Shown: one piece after another, positions 1 to 9,816 of the stretch
Layout: every line of letters starts with the position of its first letter
Numbering within the stretch: position 1 is the stretch's first letter
Source: an uncultured bacterium
GTDB taxonomy: Bacteria; Acidobacteriota; HRBIN11; JAKEFK01
Direction: 5' to 3'
Length of the DNA: 51,475 nt
NCBI GenBank assembly: GCA_963777505.1
Contig: CAVZQN010000002.1
Location: 1 to 51,475 of the forward strand
Position numbers and translations under genes: made by a program
The notes under the pieces: generated by a model
What the model was told of the DNA's origin: nothing
The model's database searches: none
What the model saw: only the letters and a program-made list of their open reading frames with translations

Positions 1-111
1 CAATACGATAAGCGCTGGCAAAAAGGGTGCCAAGTGTAATGAGGAAATAGTGAAGTGACAGTACCGCGAATCTTTGGTGATTGTCCTTGCATAATTATTT
101 CTCAATTTCAT

Positions 112-161
112 TGCAGGCGACGCCTGCGGTCCCTTATGCGGACGAGGACGTCCGCGCTCCC
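112..161. repeat. Two REP-like palindromic units (GCAGGC..GCCTGC and GCGGAC..GTCCGC stems with G(G/C)TCC tail)
   Basis: tgcaggcgacgcctgcggtccc (112-133) and tgcggacgaggacgtccgcgctccc (137-161); same family at 2857-2992 and 7914-7964. Confidence 0.85.
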
Positions 162-167
162 TTAAAT

Positions 168-1463
168 TCATACAGCCTGTGGTTGTAATTCAACGCCAGC
201 TTTCTTCAGAAAATCATATGGCAATTCGCCACCGGCAAAAATAAATACTGCTTCATTTTCGATTTCTTCAACTCCACTTTCGGTCTCCAAAAGAATTGAT
301 TGCTCACGTATTTCCTGTACGTTTGAATTAAAAACGAGCCGGACGACTCCTTTGCGAACCGCTTCATGAATATGTGTTTCATTTCGATCCTTGATCCGGG
401 TAAATTCCCCTTTCCGATACGAAAGCGTGACAAATGTCCCGGGCTGTGAAGAAAGAGCAATCGCTGCCTCCACCGCAGAATCACCTCCACCAACAACCAA
501 AACCTTACAACCTTTGTAAGATTCTGCTTCAATTAACCTGTAACAAACTTTCGAAAGTTCTTCGCCAGCGACTCCAAGTTTGCGCGGCGTACCTCTTCGT
601 CCAAGAGCAAGCACAATATGCTTTGCGCGATATTCACCTTTAGAAGTTATGAGCTGAAATGCGGAATCTGTGCGCTGTATTTCATTCACTTTTTCATTCG
701 TACGAATTTCTAATCCAGTTTTCTCAATGATTTTGTCCCACAGATCCAGCAGCGATTCCTTGGGTACCTCTGATAATTTGATGCGTCCATATATTGGAAG
801 ATCAGCAGGTTGGGTCATCACGATTTTTCGTCTTGGATATTGAAGGATCGTCCCCCCTTTGTCGCCTTGTTCTAACACCGCATATCGCAAACCATGTTTC
901 ATCGAAGCAAGTCCGGCAGAAAGCCCTGCTGGTCCTGCTCCAACAATTGCGACATCCAATACTTCTCCTGATGCACGTTCGCGATTGGATATATGATCAA
1001 CGACTTGAATCCCTTGACGAATTGCATTTCGAATTAAACCAAGACCGCCTAATTCGCCTGCAATAAAAATCCCTGGCACATTCGTTTCAAGATCTTCATT
1101 TAGAATCGGCAGGTTCGCGCTGCGTCCTGGCGTACCGAGTTGAAGCTTGATTGCCTCTACCGGGCACTGCTCTGCACACAACCCATGCCCAACACATTTT
1201 GCTGCATGTACAAGCGTAGCTTTTCCTGAAACGAGACCCAGTACACCATCTTCTGGACAAGCCCGGACGCAAGCTCCACAGCCAATGCACTGTAACGCAT
1301 CGATATGAGGATGCATACTCAACGGTACGTTCATCTCAGTACCGGCTGTTTTTTCAAGCTTGCGCCGGGTTTGCTTCTCTGCTGCTCGGTATTTCAAAAA
1401 CCGTGGCAGCATGGAAGAGACCATCAAAATAATTGCTAAAAGAATCGTGTATAAATTGTCCAT
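168..1463 (-). CDS. Membrane-anchored 4Fe-4S ferredoxin fused to a thioredoxin-reductase/YpdA-like FAD/NAD(P)H oxidoreductase
   Basis: N-terminal hydrophobic helix; CIGCGACVRACP and CVGHGLCAEQCP; GAGPAG (FAD) and GGGDSA (NADPH) motifs; no TrxB CxxC. Confidence 0.85.
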   Translation of the reverse strand: MDNLYTILLAIILMVSSMLPRFLKYRAAEKQTRRKLEKTAGTEMNVPLSMHPHIDALQCIGCGACVRACPEDGVLGLVSGKATLVHAAKCVGHGLCAEQCPVEAIKLQLGTPGRSANLPILNEDLETNVPGIFIAGELGGLGLIRNAIRQGIQVVDHISNRERASGEVLDVAIVGAGPAGLSAGLASMKHGLRYAVLEQGDKGGTILQYPRRKIVMTQPADLPIYGRIKLSEVPKESLLDLWDKIIEKTGLEIRTNEKVNEIQRTDSAFQLITSKGEYRAKHIVLALGRRGTPRKLGVAGEELSKVCYRLIEAESYKGCKVLVVGGGDSAVEAAIALSSQPGTFVTLSYRKGEFTRIKDRNETHIHEAVRKGVVRLVFNSNVQEIREQSILLETESGVEEIENEAVFIFAGGELPYDFLKKAGVELQPQAV

Positions 1464-1482
1464 GATTGCACCACCGAAACAA

Positions 1483-2796
1483 TTAGAAGCGATATGTAAT
1501 TCCGCCCAGGATTCTATTTTCTTGGGCTGAATCAGTTTCTGTGAATTCTCCGGTGAGCAATACGGTGAACGTTCGTGTCACGTAGAACATTGAAGAGATT
1601 GAGTAACGTTGCGATGAAGGACGTTCTTCAACAATGACGTCTTCCTCTCCTTCAAATCTCAAGATTGAAAGAGAGGAATTGTATTCACCGCTTAAATAAA
1701 CTTTTGAACCAATCATCCTTCCAATGGAAGCATTCCAGGAATTGTAGGCTGAGCCATCATTTCGTTTTCTTCTTGATATAGAAACCTGCGCATCAACTCC
1801 GCTGCGGAATAAATCGCCTGAAAAAAATCCGCCAGTCAGGCGGTCAGCAAGATCTTCCCCTTCGTTGCTGCGATCGACTCCATATCCGGCATACAAACGC
1901 AATCCTCTTGCCGCCAGATAAGTGAGACGTCCTTCGGTTGAATCAAACAGAAATCCGCGTGCATCTTTATCGCTGATCGGACGTCCATTGATTTGATCCA
2001 AAGTTAAATTCCGAAAATCGATTGAACGTCCATGATGAAACGCGCCCTGAAATTCAAGTTTCTTAAGCACTGTATATCTGGCATTCGCGAAGAAGTAATT
2101 CATTCCCAAACTTTCCCTATCAACCCCGAACGTATCAAACTCGGCGGCCTGATATAGAAAGAAGTCGGACCCGATCGGAACAAAATTCGTAAGAATAAAA
2201 GTCGAACGTTCCATTTGTCCGTTATTCCGAACGTTGACATAACCCAGCACGTGACTTCGCCCTTTTTCTCCATCAAGTGCCAGGTAACCACCTAACTTAG
2301 TTATACCGGTTACATACCCGACTTCAAGATTTTCGGGTTCGAGTCCTCCAAATCCACCGAGTCGGAATTGGCCATAGGATGTTTTTCGTCCTTTTACTTG
2401 TCCAAGAACACCTCCGAGCGAACCGAGTGCTCCCAGTTCGTTCAGCCACATTTGTCCGCCACGCACAGAGAAACCATTTTGAAATTTTCGCCCTACGTAA
2501 GCGTTATATATGGATACACGGCGGTTGATTTCTTCCGTGGGATAACCGGCAAGGCGTAAATCGGCCGCATATTCAAAGCCGTTTTCGACTTCACCAGACT
2601 GGAGAGAAAGCGAGGAGACAAGCTCCTGAAATTGCGATTCAGTGCCGTCCTCCTGAAGTGTATTTGCGGTCTGCGCAAAAAAGGCAATCCGTCCATAAGA
2701 TTGGGAATAGACGCTCTCTGCGCCGATCAAAGAGATTGCCAAAATCGATAGGAACAGGCTCCGGCCAGGCCGGAAAATTATTGAAGGTTTCGTCAT
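1483..2796 (-). CDS. Putative outer-membrane beta-barrel protein
   Basis: Signal peptide, alternating amphipathic strands, C-terminal GGITYRF ending in Phe. Confidence 0.7.
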   Translation of the reverse strand: MTKPSIIFRPGRSLFLSILAISLIGAESVYSQSYGRIAFFAQTANTLQEDGTESQFQELVSSLSLQSGEVENGFEYAADLRLAGYPTEEINRRVSIYNAYVGRKFQNGFSVRGGQMWLNELGALGSLGGVLGQVKGRKTSYGQFRLGGFGGLEPENLEVGYVTGITKLGGYLALDGEKGRSHVLGYVNVRNNGQMERSTFILTNFVPIGSDFFLYQAAEFDTFGVDRESLGMNYFFANARYTVLKKLEFQGAFHHGRSIDFRNLTLDQINGRPISDKDARGFLFDSTEGRLTYLAARGLRLYAGYGVDRSNEGEDLADRLTGGFFSGDLFRSGVDAQVSISRRKRNDGSAYNSWNASIGRMIGSKVYLSGEYNSSLSILRFEGEEDVIVEERPSSQRYSISSMFYVTRTFTVLLTGEFTETDSAQENRILGGITYRF

Positions 2797-2856
2797 GGTT
2801 TTGCATCCTCACGAGCTATACGAGCCCTGGGATGCAAAAAAAATACACTTTGCGTG

Positions 2857-2992
2857 CGGAGCGCGGACATCCTTGTCCGCATTACGGAGCGCGGACATCA
2901 TTGTCCGCATTACGGATCGCAGGCATCATGCCTGCATAAATTGCGGACGAGACGTCCGCGGTCCCTAATGCAGGCTAGAAGCCTGCGGTCCC
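2857..2992. repeat. Cluster of five REP-like units (three forward with ~28-bp period, two inverted)
   Basis: cggagcgcggacatc(c/a)ttgtccgcatta x2, cggatcgcaggcatcatgcctgc, then tgcggacgagacgtccgcggtccc and tgcaggctagaagcctgcggtccc. Confidence 0.9.
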
Positions 2993-3001
2993 CTATGTTA
3001 A

Positions 3002-4573
3002 CTATTGCTTCGATATCGCGGATTTTCCTCCGCGCAGCAAATATTTTTGGACTTTACCGGTTGCAGTTTTTGGAAGTTCAGTTAAAAATGTCACACCTTT
3101 CGGAGCCTTAAAATGTGCCATTTTCTCGCGCGCAAATTCGATAATTTCCTCTTCTGTCGTTTTTGATCCTTCACGAAGAATCACAAATGCATGCGGCGCC
3201 TCTCCCCAGCGTTCATGAGGCAAACCAACAACTGCGACTTCCTGAATCGAAGGATGCCTCAATAACATTCCTTCTACTTCTACCGATGAAATATTTTCGC
3301 CTCCACTGATAATGACATCCTTTAAACGGTCACGAATTTCAACATAACCATCTGGATGAACGACAGCGGCATCTCCGCTAAAAAACCAGCCATTACGAAT
3401 CGCTTTCGAAGTAGCTTCCGGATCTTGAAAATATCCCTTCATTACAACATTTCCTTTCACAGCGATTTCGCCGATCGTTTCACCATCATGAGGTATCTCA
3501 TGGCCATCATCATCCAAAACCGAAAGTTCGCCCGACGTAATCAGTTCGACACCCTGTCTTGCTTTGATCGTTGCTTTTTCTTGCCGTGTTAGATGTGCAT
3601 GTTCAGGACGCGGTTCGCAAACCGTAATAAACGGCGCAGTTTCAGTCAGTCCATATACCTGCATAATTTGCCAGCCAAGATCATTTTCAATGCGCTCAAT
3701 CGTTGCAGCCGCAGGCGGAGCACCAGCTGTGAGAATTCGGATTCCAGCAGGCGCGTCGCGACGCACTTCCGGAGAAGCGTTTGCAATGGAAATTAAGATT
3801 GTAGGCGCGGCACAAAACATTTTGATGCCTTCGGTTCGAATCGCATCAAATATGGATGCAGGCTGAACATTTCTTAAGCAAATATGTGTTGCACCTACAG
3901 CAGTGACAGTCCAAACGAAAGTCCAGCCATTCGCATGAAACATCGGCAAGGTCCACAAATAACGATCCGCACATGTCATGTGACAATGGATTAAGGTTCC
4001 CACGATATTCATGTACGCATTACGATGCGTAATCATCACGCCTTTCGGACGCGATGTTGTACCGCTCGTGTAATTGATCGTGATTAAGTCGGTTTCTTCA
4101 ATTTGAGGTGCTTCATACTTGTTGGCAGATTCTTTCAGCACCGATTCATAATTGATCCAACCTTCTTTCGTACCTTCCAATGCAACAAAACGTTCAACCG
4201 TCGTTAATTGAGAACGGATACTATCCACTGCGTCCAGATAAGAAGAATGAACACAAACAATGCGTGCGCCGCTGTGATTCAGTAGGTATAAGAAATCGTC
4301 TGCAACCAGGCGATAATTTACCGGGACAAGAACTGCACCAATTGCAGGAACGGAATAAAAGGATTCAAGCTGAGCATGAGTATTCGGAGCAATATACGCA
4401 ACCCGATCTCCTTTTTTGATTCCAAACTTCTGCAGCGCGGCTGACCATCGATCGCAGCGATCAAAAAACTGCTCGTAAGTCAGTCTCAGATCTTCATCAA
4501 CTACCGCTTCTCTGTTTGCATATAACTTTCGAGCGCGTCGAATAAATTCCAGCGGCGTTAGAGGTACTTCCAT
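3002..4573 (-). CDS. Long/medium-chain fatty-acid--CoA ligase (AMP-binding family)
   Basis: YTSGTTSRPKGV, YGLTE, SGD, GGENISSVEVE, PKTATGKVQK motifs; start moved to MEVPLTPLEF (4573) because the longer ORF overlaps the divergent gene. Confidence 0.92.
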   Translation of the reverse strand: MEVPLTPLEFIRRARKLYANREAVVDEDLRLTYEQFFDRCDRWSAALQKFGIKKGDRVAYIAPNTHAQLESFYSVPAIGAVLVPVNYRLVADDFLYLLNHSGARIVCVHSSYLDAVDSIRSQLTTVERFVALEGTKEGWINYESVLKESANKYEAPQIEETDLITINYTSGTTSRPKGVMITHRNAYMNIVGTLIHCHMTCADRYLWTLPMFHANGWTFVWTVTAVGATHICLRNVQPASIFDAIRTEGIKMFCAAPTILISIANASPEVRRDAPAGIRILTAGAPPAAATIERIENDLGWQIMQVYGLTETAPFITVCEPRPEHAHLTRQEKATIKARQGVELITSGELSVLDDDGHEIPHDGETIGEIAVKGNVVMKGYFQDPEATSKAIRNGWFFSGDAAVVHPDGYVEIRDRLKDVIISGGENISSVEVEGMLLRHPSIQEVAVVGLPHERWGEAPHAFVILREGSKTTEEEIIEFAREKMAHFKAPKGVTFLTELPKTATGKVQKYLLRGGKSAISKQ

Positions 4574-4638
4574 TCTATGTTCTCTGCGGTTAATCTTTTT
4601 ATGATCATATAACATCAATATGTGATTTAGGAGAACGT

Positions 4639-5781
4639 TTGAAGTCTGATTATTCCAACGATTTCGGACCTTTTGAAGGAGCGATCTGGCTAAACTGCTC
4701 ACATCAAGGGCCTCTCCCAAAAATTGCGGTGAAGAAACTAGAAGAAGCAGTTTCATGGAAAGTCGCTCCTCAGAATTTAACTCAAGAACGTTTTGATCGC
4801 ATTCCAATTCATTTAAAAGAAACGATCGGCAAACTTGTACGCCGTCCGCCGGAAGAAATTATTTTGGGAAATTCTGCATCCTATGGATTGCATCTGATTG
4901 CAAATGGAATCAATTGGCAGGATGGAGATGAAGTTGTCGTGTTGAAAGGCGATTTTCCAAGCGACATTCTTCCCTGGCTGGGATTATCAGATCGCGGAGT
5001 CAGAGTGCGCTTTATTAAAAGTGTAACCATTGAAGAATTGAATGAAGCATTCACACCGAATACAAAATTATTTTGTTGCACATGGGTTCACTCATTTACA
5101 GGTACAGCCATCGATGCAACAGCCATTGGAGAGTTTTGCCGAAAACGGAATGTCCGTTTTGTAATGAATTGCTCGCAAGGTCTCGGCGCGCGTGTTTTGG
5201 ACCTATCGAAGTTGCCTGTTGATGCAATCACATGCGTGGGATTCAAATATCTGTGTGGGCCATATGGTACAGGATTCTGCTGGATGCAGCCCGAGCTTCT
5301 TGATTCAATCCGCTACAATCAAGCCTACTGGCTGAGTATGCAAACAGCAGCAGAACTTGGAGCCGATTCGGATGAACCTCCTGTCATTAAAAAACATGGA
5401 GCCCGAACGTATGACATTTTCGGCACAGCAAACTTTTTTAACTTTGTGCCCTGGACTGCTTCGCTGGAATACCTTTTAGATAACGGGCTTGAAAATATCG
5501 AGGCGTATGATCAATCAATGGTTTCGAGGTTGATCAGTCAACTGGATAAAAAGAAATTCTATTTGATCAGTCCTGAAGAAGGACCTTCACGTTCGACTCT
5601 TGTTGTTTTTTCATTGCACGATAGAACTCAGAATGCACGCATTTATGAAATGCTGAAAGCAAACAACATTTACATTGCCTTCCGACGCGGTAATTTGCGG
5701 ATAGCGCCTCATCTATACAACACTGCAGAACAAATTGATCAGGTGGCTACACAACTGAATTCATTTTCCGGCGGGTCTTAG
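4639..5781 (+). CDS. Class V PLP-dependent enzyme
   Basis: LNCSHQGP, GFKYLCGPYG (PLP Lys), LRIAPHLYN; no catalytic Cys loop of cysteine desulfurases; TTG start. Confidence 0.85.
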   Translation: MKSDYSNDFGPFEGAIWLNCSHQGPLPKIAVKKLEEAVSWKVAPQNLTQERFDRIPIHLKETIGKLVRRPPEEIILGNSASYGLHLIANGINWQDGDEVVVLKGDFPSDILPWLGLSDRGVRVRFIKSVTIEELNEAFTPNTKLFCCTWVHSFTGTAIDATAIGEFCRKRNVRFVMNCSQGLGARVLDLSKLPVDAITCVGFKYLCGPYGTGFCWMQPELLDSIRYNQAYWLSMQTAAELGADSDEPPVIKKHGARTYDIFGTANFFNFVPWTASLEYLLDNGLENIEAYDQSMVSRLISQLDKKKFYLISPEEGPSRSTLVVFSLHDRTQNARIYEMLKANNIYIAFRRGNLRIAPHLYNTAEQIDQVATQLNSFSGGS

Positions 5782-5793
5782 ACCCGCTCCTAC
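5770..5793. repeat. GTAG/CTAC-type REP palindrome overlapping the stop codon of the upstream gene
   Basis: ggcgggtcttagacccgctcctac; matches 27903-27973 and 20686-20709. Confidence 0.8.
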
Positions 5794-5797
5794 TTAT

Positions 5798-7870
5798 TCA
5801 AGGTTTTAATCTCTGAAGCATTGTTTTTGCACGAGTCAGTGTCGGATCTATTTTCAGCGCCTTCTCAAAATATTCCTCAGCCTTAGTTTTGTTCTCCATG
5901 GCAAGATAGACTTCACCCATATCGCTGAGAAGTGGTGCGTTCTCCGGGTGAATTTCTACCGCTGCTTCCATGATCTTAAATGCTTCATTTGTCTTTCCTG
6001 CATTGGCCATTTCTTCGGCAAAATCGCTGATCCAATCCGGCTCAGCGGGACTCTCCGAATCCAATCGATAAGCTTTCTTCAAGTATTCAATTCCACGCGC
6101 CTTATCGGAAACTGCCACAAGTGAAATCCCATAAATCGAAAGCTGACGCGCAGACTCGGGATACAGTTGCACGCCAAGCTCGCCTGCCTGAAGACTTTTC
6201 TTATTGTCACCTTTCAATAAAAGATCCCACGTAAGATCGCTGAACTCGCGGCTAAAATCGGGATATACCGCTTCATTCGAAAATGTTTTACGAAGCAGCG
6301 AATCAACCTCATCCAGGTTTGAATCGGAGTTAATCCTCAACCAGTAGATTTGATCTGCATTTGTTTTTTTCCACGATTCATTCCACTGGGACACGGTTCG
6401 ATTGAATGTGCTATCAAAGCCGCATGCTGAAATCTTCTTTTGTTTACACAAACTCAAGTAGTCATTAAAAAATGAAATAGCACCGGATGAGTGATATGCC
6501 TTCAGATCTTCGGTTCCTTTTTTCTCCATCAACATCTCTGCCATATACGAACCAACTTTCGTGTAGGGTTGGTCCGCAGCTGGATGAGCACCATCTTTTA
6601 CTAATTTCTCATTTTCTTTTTGTATCGAGCGTTCAAAATATTCGAACGCTTTTCCCAATTCTTTCTGGTCTTTTGTTACTGCCTTATCGTATCGCTCAAA
6701 ATAAGCAAGGCCTGAAGAAAAAACTGCACTCATTGCTTGATAAACATTTTGTTGTTCTTTGACGTAGGCACTCAAACCATATCTTTCGTCCATCAAAATT
6801 TCGTACAATCTGTTGGCAAACACGGAAGCGCTGCCATCTTCTTGATTGATTGCACAAGCGATTGCAAGTTTCATTGCAGGAAAGCAAAACAAAACTGTTG
6901 AAGTTTCTTGCTGAGATCCTGAATGTCTTAACGTGAAATGACCGTTAACCGGACGAGTTCCCCAGCCCGCGCTATAGTCAACATAATGCCCATCCTTTGT
7001 AGCCAGAGATGTATAAACCAGATCCAGGCTCTTTGATGAAAGCAGCTTGCCTTCAACAATCCCCTTAGCAAACTTCAATAAATCAGGAACTGTAGAACGC
7101 TTTCCACCTGCACCTAAACGACTGCTGATATCAACAAATTCTGAATTTTTGATTTCACCATTCAGGATCCGGTAACCACGGACACGATTAGGAATTAAAT
7201 CGGAAGGATCATCCATACGCGTATTTTGCGTCGCTATTGGACCCCAAACGTTCTTCGTCATGTATTCACCGAATGACATTCCTGATGCGCCTTCGACAAC
7301 TGCGCCAAGCAAGTTGTAGCCGTAGCTTGTATATGAATATTTCGTACCAGGCTCAGCAATCAGATCAAAATTCTCAAAAATTGCGATCGCTTCACGCGTT
7401 GTTTTGTGTTCCTTAATTCGGCCTTCTGTATCGTAGTTTTTGTAATGACTGATTCCACCAATATGGGCTAGAAGCTGCCGCACTGTTACAGGCCATTTCT
7501 TTTTTGGAAAATACGGAACGTACGTTTGAACTTCCGCATCAAGATCAAGCTTGCCTTTCTCGGCTAGCTGTAAAACTGCAATGGCTGTCATTGGTTTGCT
7601 GACTGATCCAAGACGATATGCGGATTCAGGCTTTGCTGGAATTTGATTCTCAAGATCTGAATATCCGAATGCCTCCACCCAGACAGACTCATCGCCATCT
7701 CCCCAACGCATAAAACCGATTGTCATGCCAGGAACCTGATCCTGTTTCATTTGTTGAACCGCAAATTTGCGGAATTCTTCCAGCTGCGAGTCGGAAAGTG
7801 CTGCTGCGGAGAGAAGACTTGTGAGACTAAGAAGGAGAAAGAGAAGAGCAAATGAACGCTTGTTTATCAT
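5798..7870 (-). CDS. Secreted serine hydrolase (AmpC/beta-lactamase-related family) with C-terminal TPR
   Basis: Signal peptide; SVSK (SxxK), PGTKYSYTSYGY, HSG; TPR-like helices at the C-terminus. Confidence 0.88.
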   Translation of the reverse strand: MINKRSFALLFLLLSLTSLLSAAALSDSQLEEFRKFAVQQMKQDQVPGMTIGFMRWGDGDESVWVEAFGYSDLENQIPAKPESAYRLGSVSKPMTAIAVLQLAEKGKLDLDAEVQTYVPYFPKKKWPVTVRQLLAHIGGISHYKNYDTEGRIKEHKTTREAIAIFENFDLIAEPGTKYSYTSYGYNLLGAVVEGASGMSFGEYMTKNVWGPIATQNTRMDDPSDLIPNRVRGYRILNGEIKNSEFVDISSRLGAGGKRSTVPDLLKFAKGIVEGKLLSSKSLDLVYTSLATKDGHYVDYSAGWGTRPVNGHFTLRHSGSQQETSTVLFCFPAMKLAIACAINQEDGSASVFANRLYEILMDERYGLSAYVKEQQNVYQAMSAVFSSGLAYFERYDKAVTKDQKELGKAFEYFERSIQKENEKLVKDGAHPAADQPYTKVGSYMAEMLMEKKGTEDLKAYHSSGAISFFNDYLSLCKQKKISACGFDSTFNRTVSQWNESWKKTNADQIYWLRINSDSNLDEVDSLLRKTFSNEAVYPDFSREFSDLTWDLLLKGDNKKSLQAGELGVQLYPESARQLSIYGISLVAVSDKARGIEYLKKAYRLDSESPAEPDWISDFAEEMANAGKTNEAFKIMEAAVEIHPENAPLLSDMGEVYLAMENKTKAEEYFEKALKIDPTLTRAKTMLQRLKP

Positions 7871-7874
7871 GAGA

Positions 7875-7964
7875 TTATCCAGTTATCCATTAATCCATTA
7901 ATCCTCGAGTTCAGCAGGCTAGAAGCCTGCGGCCCGAAATGCGGACAAGGATGTCCGCGCTCCG
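7875..7964. repeat. Short 8-bp tandem (t(t/a)atcca-like x4) followed by two REP-like units
   Basis: 7940-7964 is the exact reverse complement of 2857-2881; 7914-7935 matches the unit at 2970-2992. Confidence 0.85.
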
Positions 7965-7990
7965 TTTTCATATTACACTTAATAAGAATC

Positions 7991-8710
7991 ATGCGAATAC
8001 TATACATATTTCCTCATCCGGATGACGAATCATTCGGACCTGCCCCTGTAATCAAAAAACAAATCGATCAAAGTCATGAAGTTTATTTGCTAACTCTGAC
8101 TCGTGGAGGTGCAACGAAAGTTCGCCACACGCTAGGTCTTACTGTAAGCGAAATGGGTGAAATCCGATACAAGGAAATGTTGAAAGTCGAAAAAGTATTA
8201 CAACTTACAGGGATGACTGTCCTTGATTTGCCTGACAGCGGTTTGTGTGAAATGGATCCGCGAAAAATAGAACAGGAAATCGTCAAACACATTGATAAAA
8301 TCCGACCGCAGTTAATCGTGACTTATCCAGTTCATGGAGTCAGCGGCTTTCACGATCATCTTGTAACCCACGCCATTGTGAAACGTGTGTTCCTTGAGCT
8401 CAAAGATGAGGGAGCCAGCTACCTCAAACGGCTTGCGTTTATAACGCTTCCGAACAAAGTTACTGAACCGATGCAAAAAGGCACTTTTCTCATGAAACAA
8501 AGTGAACCACATTTGATTGATTGTGAAGTATCTTTAAACGACAAAGACAAAGAAGTATTAAAAGCAGCATTAAGCTGCTATGAATCGTATCGTGAGACGA
8601 TTGAAAAATCGGGTGTGGCTGAGGCAGTTGGAGATAGAGTCTATTTTGAAATTTATGGCGAAGACCATAAACCACCGCTGAACGATCTGACTGAAAAACT
8701 TCCTGATTAG
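7991..8710 (+). CDS. PIG-L/LmbE family deacetylase
   Basis: PHPDDES and GFHDH metal-binding motifs. Confidence 0.9.
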   Translation: MRILYIFPHPDDESFGPAPVIKKQIDQSHEVYLLTLTRGGATKVRHTLGLTVSEMGEIRYKEMLKVEKVLQLTGMTVLDLPDSGLCEMDPRKIEQEIVKHIDKIRPQLIVTYPVHGVSGFHDHLVTHAIVKRVFLELKDEGASYLKRLAFITLPNKVTEPMQKGTFLMKQSEPHLIDCEVSLNDKDKEVLKAALSCYESYRETIEKSGVAEAVGDRVYFEIYGEDHKPPLNDLTEKLPD

Positions 8711-9813
8711 GTGGCCTCTCTCAAGCTGGCAGAAATATTTTGTAAACCTCTACGAAGTTCCTCTGTTTTTGGCCAACCATAACCGATCCGCATGTAACGG
8801 CGATCCATTTCAAACCAATGCCCCGGCCCGACAAATGTTTTGTACTTTTCGTTTAGAGTCTTGTAAAACCGCTCAACATTGATTCCGCTTTTATCTGCAA
8901 TTCTTGGAAAACAAACAACTCCGCCCGAAGGTTCTATCCATTCCAGATTCTGCTCAGTCTGCATCCAATCTTTCATAATTTCAAAATGCGTTCGGATTTT
9001 CTGCGTGATTTCTGCTAATCGCTCTTTTTTGCGCTTCAAGAATTGAAATGCAATCTCTTCATCCACAACGGAGTTGCAGATCATGATCTGTTCTTTTGCT
9101 GCTAAAAATGTTTCCATGAGTTTAGGATTGCGGCATGCAATCCAACCGATGCGAATGCCTGGAAGTCCGTAGGTTTTAGAAAGTGAAGATACACCGATTG
9201 CATTCAAAGAAAGCTCGGCAGCTGAAGGTAAAATTTCTTGAAACGACATTTCACGATAGGTTTCATCAAACAATAAAAGAACGCCGCGTGATTCGATCAA
9301 ATCCAGAATCTGTTGAAGTTCACGGAGACTTAATGTGCTTCCGGTAGGATTATGCGGATAGGTGATGCTGACCAGTTTTGTCTGCGGAGATATCATTGCT
9401 GCAAGCCTATCGAGATTTATTTTGAATCCTTCTTCAAATTTCAGATCCAAAAAGTCAATTTCTGCACCGATCGCGCGAGGTGTTTCGATATTTGTTGCGT
9501 AGTTAGGCCGCGCAACAATCAGCCTGTCGCCTGATTTCAGAAGCGAAGTTGAAATGATAAAGAGGGCTGTGGCTGCGCCTGCAGTTATGAGGAAATCCTT
9601 CGATTTGAGATGCGAATACTCAGAAGCAAGCAATTCACGGAGTTCATTCTTGCCTGTATGACTGCCATAGCAAAGCGCGAGTTCATTGAAATTGAAGTTC
9701 AGATCATTCAAAAATGCATCGGAGAATGAGCTTTCCGTTAAATTACAATCAATTTTGTCATAGCCCATTTCTTCCGGTGATTCAATTTCAATGGGCATCC
9801 TTCGATATTTCAC
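8707..9813 (-). CDS. Class I/II PLP-dependent aminotransferase
   Basis: PHNPTG, DETY, SLSKTYGLPGIRIGW. Confidence 0.9.
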   Translation of the reverse strand: MKYRRMPIEIESPEEMGYDKIDCNLTESSFSDAFLNDLNFNFNELALCYGSHTGKNELRELLASEYSHLKSKDFLITAGAATALFIISTSLLKSGDRLIVARPNYATNIETPRAIGAEIDFLDLKFEEGFKINLDRLAAMISPQTKLVSITYPHNPTGSTLSLRELQQILDLIESRGVLLLFDETYREMSFQEILPSAAELSLNAIGVSSLSKTYGLPGIRIGWIACRNPKLMETFLAAKEQIMICNSVVDEEIAFQFLKRKKERLAEITQKIRTHFEIMKDWMQTEQNLEWIEPSGGVVCFPRIADKSGINVERFYKTLNEKYKTFVGPGHWFEMDRRYMRIGYGWPKTEELRRGLQNISASLREAT

Positions 9814-9816
9814 CGA

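Noticed and set aside
1-111. Start of a minus-strand gene running off the left edge (ATG at 111 or 92)
   Set aside because: Two open frames and too little sequence to choose between them or assign a product.
2799-2839. ttttgcatcc/ggatgcaaaa stem that would cover the beta-barrel RBS
   Set aside because: A single 10-bp stem with a long loop and no supporting conservation; too weak to call.
2857-2992. Possible CRISPR array (28-bp periodic palindromic repeats)
   Set aside because: No unique spacers, mixed orientations, no cas genes, and dispersed copies elsewhere; fits REP-like repeats.
4574-4807. N-terminal extension of the acyl-CoA ligase in the ORF track
   Set aside because: Overlaps the divergent PLP-enzyme gene; family-like sequence begins at MEVPLTPL.
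4639-5781. Cysteine desulfurase call
   Set aside because: Lacks the C-terminal catalytic Cys motif; kept as a generic class V enzyme.
5798-7870. Beta-lactam resistance gene
   Set aside because: The SxxK family is broad, and the long TPR-bearing architecture fits a peptidase/esterase; there is no specific evidence for resistance.
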